NCBI RefSeq assembly: GCF_004010195.1 | Contig: NC_057738.1 | Location: 31,709,164-31,773,132, forward strand | DNA: 63,969 bases | Direction of reading: 5' to 3' | Origin: Chiloscyllium plagiosum | Lineage: Eukaryota | Shown here: piece by piece, positions 60,204 to 63,969 of the stretch | Position numbering within the stretch: the stretch's first letter is position 1 | How the letters are laid out: each line of letters opens with the position of its first letter | Notes under the pieces: model-generated | Database searches by the model: none | Told to the model about the DNA's origin: nothing | Seen by the model: only the letters and a program-made list of their open reading frames with translations | Position numbers and translations under genes: made by a program

Positions 60204-61304
60204 ATGGAACAGTCTCTTTCAAATTATTCAGATTATTACGATTATTATTATGATGAATCTAACACAACAGCAGATTATCAGCAGTTTGTTCACTTATGTG
60301 AGAACATTCACATTAATCTATTTGGAGCCATGTTCACACCAGTTTTGTTCAGCCTCGCCTTTATTATCAGCCTGGCTGGGAATGCCCTAGTTTTGTGGGT
60401 CCTGGTGAGATATGAGAGGCTGAAGACTGTGACGGACATCTTCATTCTGAATCTGGTCACCTCCAATTTACTCTTCACCTTCTCGCTCCCTTTCTGGGCT
60501 GTGGATCACACGAGAGGATGGATCTTTGGCAAGGCCATGTGCAAACTCATGATTTCAATTTTCTTCATTGGCTACTACAGTGGAATGATGTTGCTGACAC
60601 TGATGACCATCGATCGATACTTTGCAGTGGTTCACTCTCTGTACGCTTTCAGAGTCAGGAAGGTCTCCTATGCCGTGACAGCCAGCATAGTCGTTTGGGG
60701 AATTAGTTTCATGGCAACAATCCCTGAGATGATCTACTCTGATGTACATCTTCGGATGGAAGGACTGTACTGTTTTAGTATCTATCCACCTGAGAGTGCT
60801 CAAATATGGGAGCTGTTTGGCTGTTATCTGCAAAATATCTTGTTCTTCCTCATCCCATTTGTTGTTATTGTGTTCTGTTACTGGAGAATTCTCAACACTG
60901 TCATTAGATGCAAAGCCAGGAAGAAGCACAAGACAGTGAAACTTATCTTGTGGATTGTGGTGGTGTTCTTTGTGTGCTGGACACCTTACAATGTGGTCAT
61001 CTTCCTGTTCTCTTTGGTAACATTGAAAGTCCCGGCGTTCAAAACCTGTGAGATGAACAACCGCCTGGAGTATGCTTTGTACATTTCCCGGGACCTGGCT
61101 TATTGCCACTGTAGTCTCAATCCCTTCTTTTATGCTTTTGTGGGGACAAAATTCAGGACCCATTTAATCAGGCTTTTGAGTAAATGTTTCCCCCGTTTGA
61201 AAATTTGCAGAGAACTCAGTACCACCTCTGGCAACAGTAGCAAACGCATCAACTCCCGGAATTACTCAGACATCGACATGCCCCTGCATTCAATTGGGTC
61301 TTGA
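60204..61304 (+). CDS. XCR1: XC chemokine receptor 1-like, paralogue B (366 aa)
   Basis: Kozak ACCATGG; 7TM; LEYALYISRDLAYCHCSLNPFFYAFVGTKFRTHL closely parallels mammalian XCR1 TM7/helix 8 (R7.39); Tyr/acid-rich N-terminus. Confidence 0.9.
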   Translation: MEQSLSNYSDYYDYYYDESNTTADYQQFVHLCENIHINLFGAMFTPVLFSLAFIISLAGNALVLWVLVRYERLKTVTDIFILNLVTSNLLFTFSLPFWAVDHTRGWIFGKAMCKLMISIFFIGYYSGMMLLTLMTIDRYFAVVHSLYAFRVRKVSYAVTASIVVWGISFMATIPEMIYSDVHLRMEGLYCFSIYPPESAQIWELFGCYLQNILFFLIPFVVIVFCYWRILNTVIRCKARKKHKTVKLILWIVVVFFVCWTPYNVVIFLFSLVTLKVPAFKTCEMNNRLEYALYISRDLAYCHCSLNPFFYAFVGTKFRTHLIRLLSKCFPRLKICRELSTTSGNSSKRINSRNYSDIDMPLHSIGS

Positions 61305-61477
61305 ACTGAAGGCCCCAAAGTCTGGAAGCAAAATGATCCATTGGAGGGAGGGTGGGATACTCAGCGCCTCCTTCCGCCCCATTCTCAGCCATCCGCTATA
61401 CGAAGGGGCAAAGTTGGAGACTCACCATGACAGAGCTCATCTGTTCTGGGCCTTCCCAGAAATGTGTCAACAATCAC

Positions 61478-61840
61478 ATCCTCAGAATGGGTCAGTCTGT
61501 CAACCCCATTCCCCAAAATGGATCAGTCCAGCAATCTCACCCTCTCCAGAATAAGTTAGTCTGACAATCCCATTCCCCTCTCTACAATGGGTCAGTCTGA
61601 CAACATCCCCCACCCCACTTTCCACAATGAGGCAGTCTGATAATCTCACCCTCCCCGTAATGGATGAATCTGACATCCCTACTTCCCCCAGAAAGGGTCT
61701 TTCAACAATTCCACATTCCCCAGAATGGGTCAATCCAAAGACACCCACTTCCCCACAATGGGTCAGTCTGATGACCCCCCCTCCCCCAGAGTGGGTCAGT
61801 CTGGTGACCCCACCTCTCCAGAGTGGGTCAGCCTGCCAAT
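61478..61840 (+). repeat. Degenerate ~30-40-bp tandem repeat (about 11 units)
   Basis: Recurrent CCAGAATGGGTCAGTCTGACAATCCCAC. Confidence 0.8.
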
Positions 61841-62237
61841 TACACAAATTGAGATTAGACCAAGGCTCTTTGAGATTTGGGCGAACACATCTTTTTATCT
61901 CCATGGGATTACATGGAGGTGCTGGGAAATTGTTTCAAAGGGACAGGGATGTGAGCCAAAAATGGGACGAATGAGTAGCTGTGGTCAAACAAAAGCTGGC
62001 CAGGCGGAAGTGATGCTCCTTTGCTGTTGTGGGTAAGAATCTGCTCATCAGCAGTACGCTACTTTCCGTGTTGCTGTATGTGGTGAAGTTTTGGCTTGCT
62101 CCCCACTTCTGTACCATAGTTATCACCCAATCTGTTTTCTGCTTTATCCAGAGGTTGAAGATGGACCATGCCCAAAGCAACATGATGTATAAATCCCTGA
62201 ATTGACCTCAACCTCATCCCGCTGGCCACGTTAGTCA

Positions 62238-62990
62238 GAGTCATACAGCATGGAAATAGCCCCTTCGTCCCAACTAATCTATGTTGACCAGGTTTCCTAA
62301 ACTAAAGTAGTCCCATTTTCCTGTGTTTGGCCCACATCCCTCTAAATATTTCCTATTTATATACCAGGTCTTTTTAAATGTTGTAACTATACTCGCCTCT
62401 ACCACTTCCTCTATCAGTTCATTCCAAGTACGAACCAGCCATATGTAAAAAAGTCGTCCTTCAGTTCCCTTTTAAAACTTCCTCCTTAAAAATATGCCCT
62501 ATAGTTTTGAACTCCCCTACCCTAGGGAAAAGATCTTTGCTATTCACCTTATCTGTGCCCTTCATGATTTTATAAAAATCTGTAAGGTCACCCCTCAGCC
62601 TCCCATGCTCCAGGGAAAAATGGCTCAGCCTATCCAGCCTCTCTCTATAACCCAAACCCTCCAGTCCTGGTAACAAACTTGTAATTTTTTTCTGCGCCCT
62701 TTCCAATTTAATAATACCCTTCTTATAGCAGAGCAACCAGCACTGTATGCAGTACTCCAAAAGTGGCCTCACCAATGCACAAACAACTATAATATGACAT
62801 CCCAACGCCAATGCTCAATGCTCTGAGCCATGAAGGCAAGTGTGCCAAATGCCTTTTTCACCACCCTGTCTACCTGTGATACTGGTTTCAAGGAATTATG
62901 CACCTGAACCTTCAGATCGTTCTGTTTAACAATACTCCTCAGGGCCCTACCATTAACTGTGTAAGTCTGTACCTTGTTCATCTGACCAAA
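62238..62990 (-). mobile_element. CR1/HER1 LINE 3' end
   Basis: VRPLLEYCIQ, KLERAQK, LRGDL; tail AGAGTCATACAGCATGG. Confidence 0.88.
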
Positions 62991-63034
62991 GTGTTTAGTG
63001 TGCAGCTGCATCAAGCTGTGCATAGACCCTTAGT

Positions 63035-63180
63035 AGGAGAAAGTGGGGACTATAGGTGCTGGAGATCAGAGTCAAAAGTGTGGTGCTGGAAAAACACAGC
63101 TGGAAAAAAGGCAGCATCCAAACAGGAGAGTCGACGTTTCGAGCACAAGCTCTGAAGAGTTTATGTTTGAAACGTAGACC
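63035..63180 (-). mobile_element. PLE family A element with partial inversion
   Basis: Tail GGAGAAAGTGGGGACT..., arm, then inverted hammerhead halves ACGTTTCGAGCA...TGTTTGAAACGT. Confidence 0.7.
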
Positions 63181-63804
63181 ATCAGTACGCAAACGTTAAG
63201 TATCACCCCACATCATGCATGAAACTATCCCTGATGCTGTGAAGAATGAGCCTTGCCACATTTTTGCCGAATGCTCCAGTTCATTGCTCTGTGCTGAGTC
63301 CCCAGTCCTTCACTGAGATGTTAATGCAGAGCTGCTTCATCAATGACCTTCCGTCCATCAAAAGGTCAGAAATGGCAATGTGTTCCAATGATTGTTCAGC
63401 ATCGTTCGCAACTCCTGAAATACTGAAACAGTCCAAGGGGGAACGATTGCTGTCAATGGCCTTTCGGACAGAGCATACTGAGGAGTTGAAACTGTAGAAC
63501 GTGGTGTACCTTCCAAAGAATATGCATTGTGAATCAAGAGTATTGAAAATGTATTGAGACACCTTAAATTGGAACATGTGTAGAGAAAACAAAATGGCTA
63601 TGAACTTTCTGGTAATTTCCAACTGAGCTTGGGCTGTGTAATTAGCATGTAATGTATTTTTGTAAATATTAAGAGTATTATAATTTGTATTGATTGGAAT
63701 ATTCAGTATGGGGACAAACTGAATTTCATTGAAATTTTTTTAGTAAAAATGTTTTGTTATTTTTTCCATTCTTTTTGGAAAGAAGTATATTTTTAGAAAA
63801 AACT

Positions 63805-63969
63805 AAATCCCACATTCACCAGAATGTGCTGGTCTGACTGTCCCACACTTCTCAGAATGAGTCCTCCTGGCAATCCCCCTATTATCAGAATGGATCAGCC
63901 CTCTCTCCACATAATGGGTCAGCCTGAAAATCCCATCCTCACTAGAATGCGGTGGTCTGACTATCCCAA
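63805..63969 (+). repeat. Second block of the degenerate repeat seen at 61478-61840
   Basis: CAGAATG..GGTC.G.CTGAC..TCCCAC units; runs off window end. Confidence 0.65.

Noticed and set aside
61478-61840. CRISPR-like repeat/spacer appearance
   Set aside because: Eukaryotic DNA, degenerate units, no unique spacers and no cas genes

Overview
Repeat-rich vertebrate DNA, almost certainly from a shark or other elasmobranch (HE1-type SINEs, CR1/HER1 LINEs), with one 500-N assembly gap. It covers part of the CC/XC chemokine-receptor cluster. An intronless CC-chemokine receptor CDS lies on the minus strand (1463-2536). Two intact tandem XCR1-like receptors lie on the plus strand (46201-47298, 60204-61304), divergent from the CCR. 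The rest is mostly transposon debris: a 5'-truncated L1, many CR1 fragments, a Rex1/Babar LINE, Gypsy and ERV-like LTR remnants, SINEs, a CpG-decayed tRNA-Leu pseudogene, and about 25 short Penelope-like element (PLE) insertions. Main observations: (1) many PLE inserts are short TSD-flanked fold-back hairpins carrying minimal hammerhead ribozyme motifs of at least three sequence families; one young copy has intact cores on both strands, and one family is physically linked to a GIY-YIG PLE ORF; (2) both XCR1-like receptors have Asn instead of the near-universal TM2 Asp2.50, as atypical receptors ACKR2/CCRL2 do, yet keep DRY and NPxxY; (3) the two paralogues show a gene-conversion-like mosaic; (4) a candidate ETS/IRF/AP-1 enhancer lies between the genes. 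All calls were made by eye. Repeat boundaries are approximate and no searches were run.
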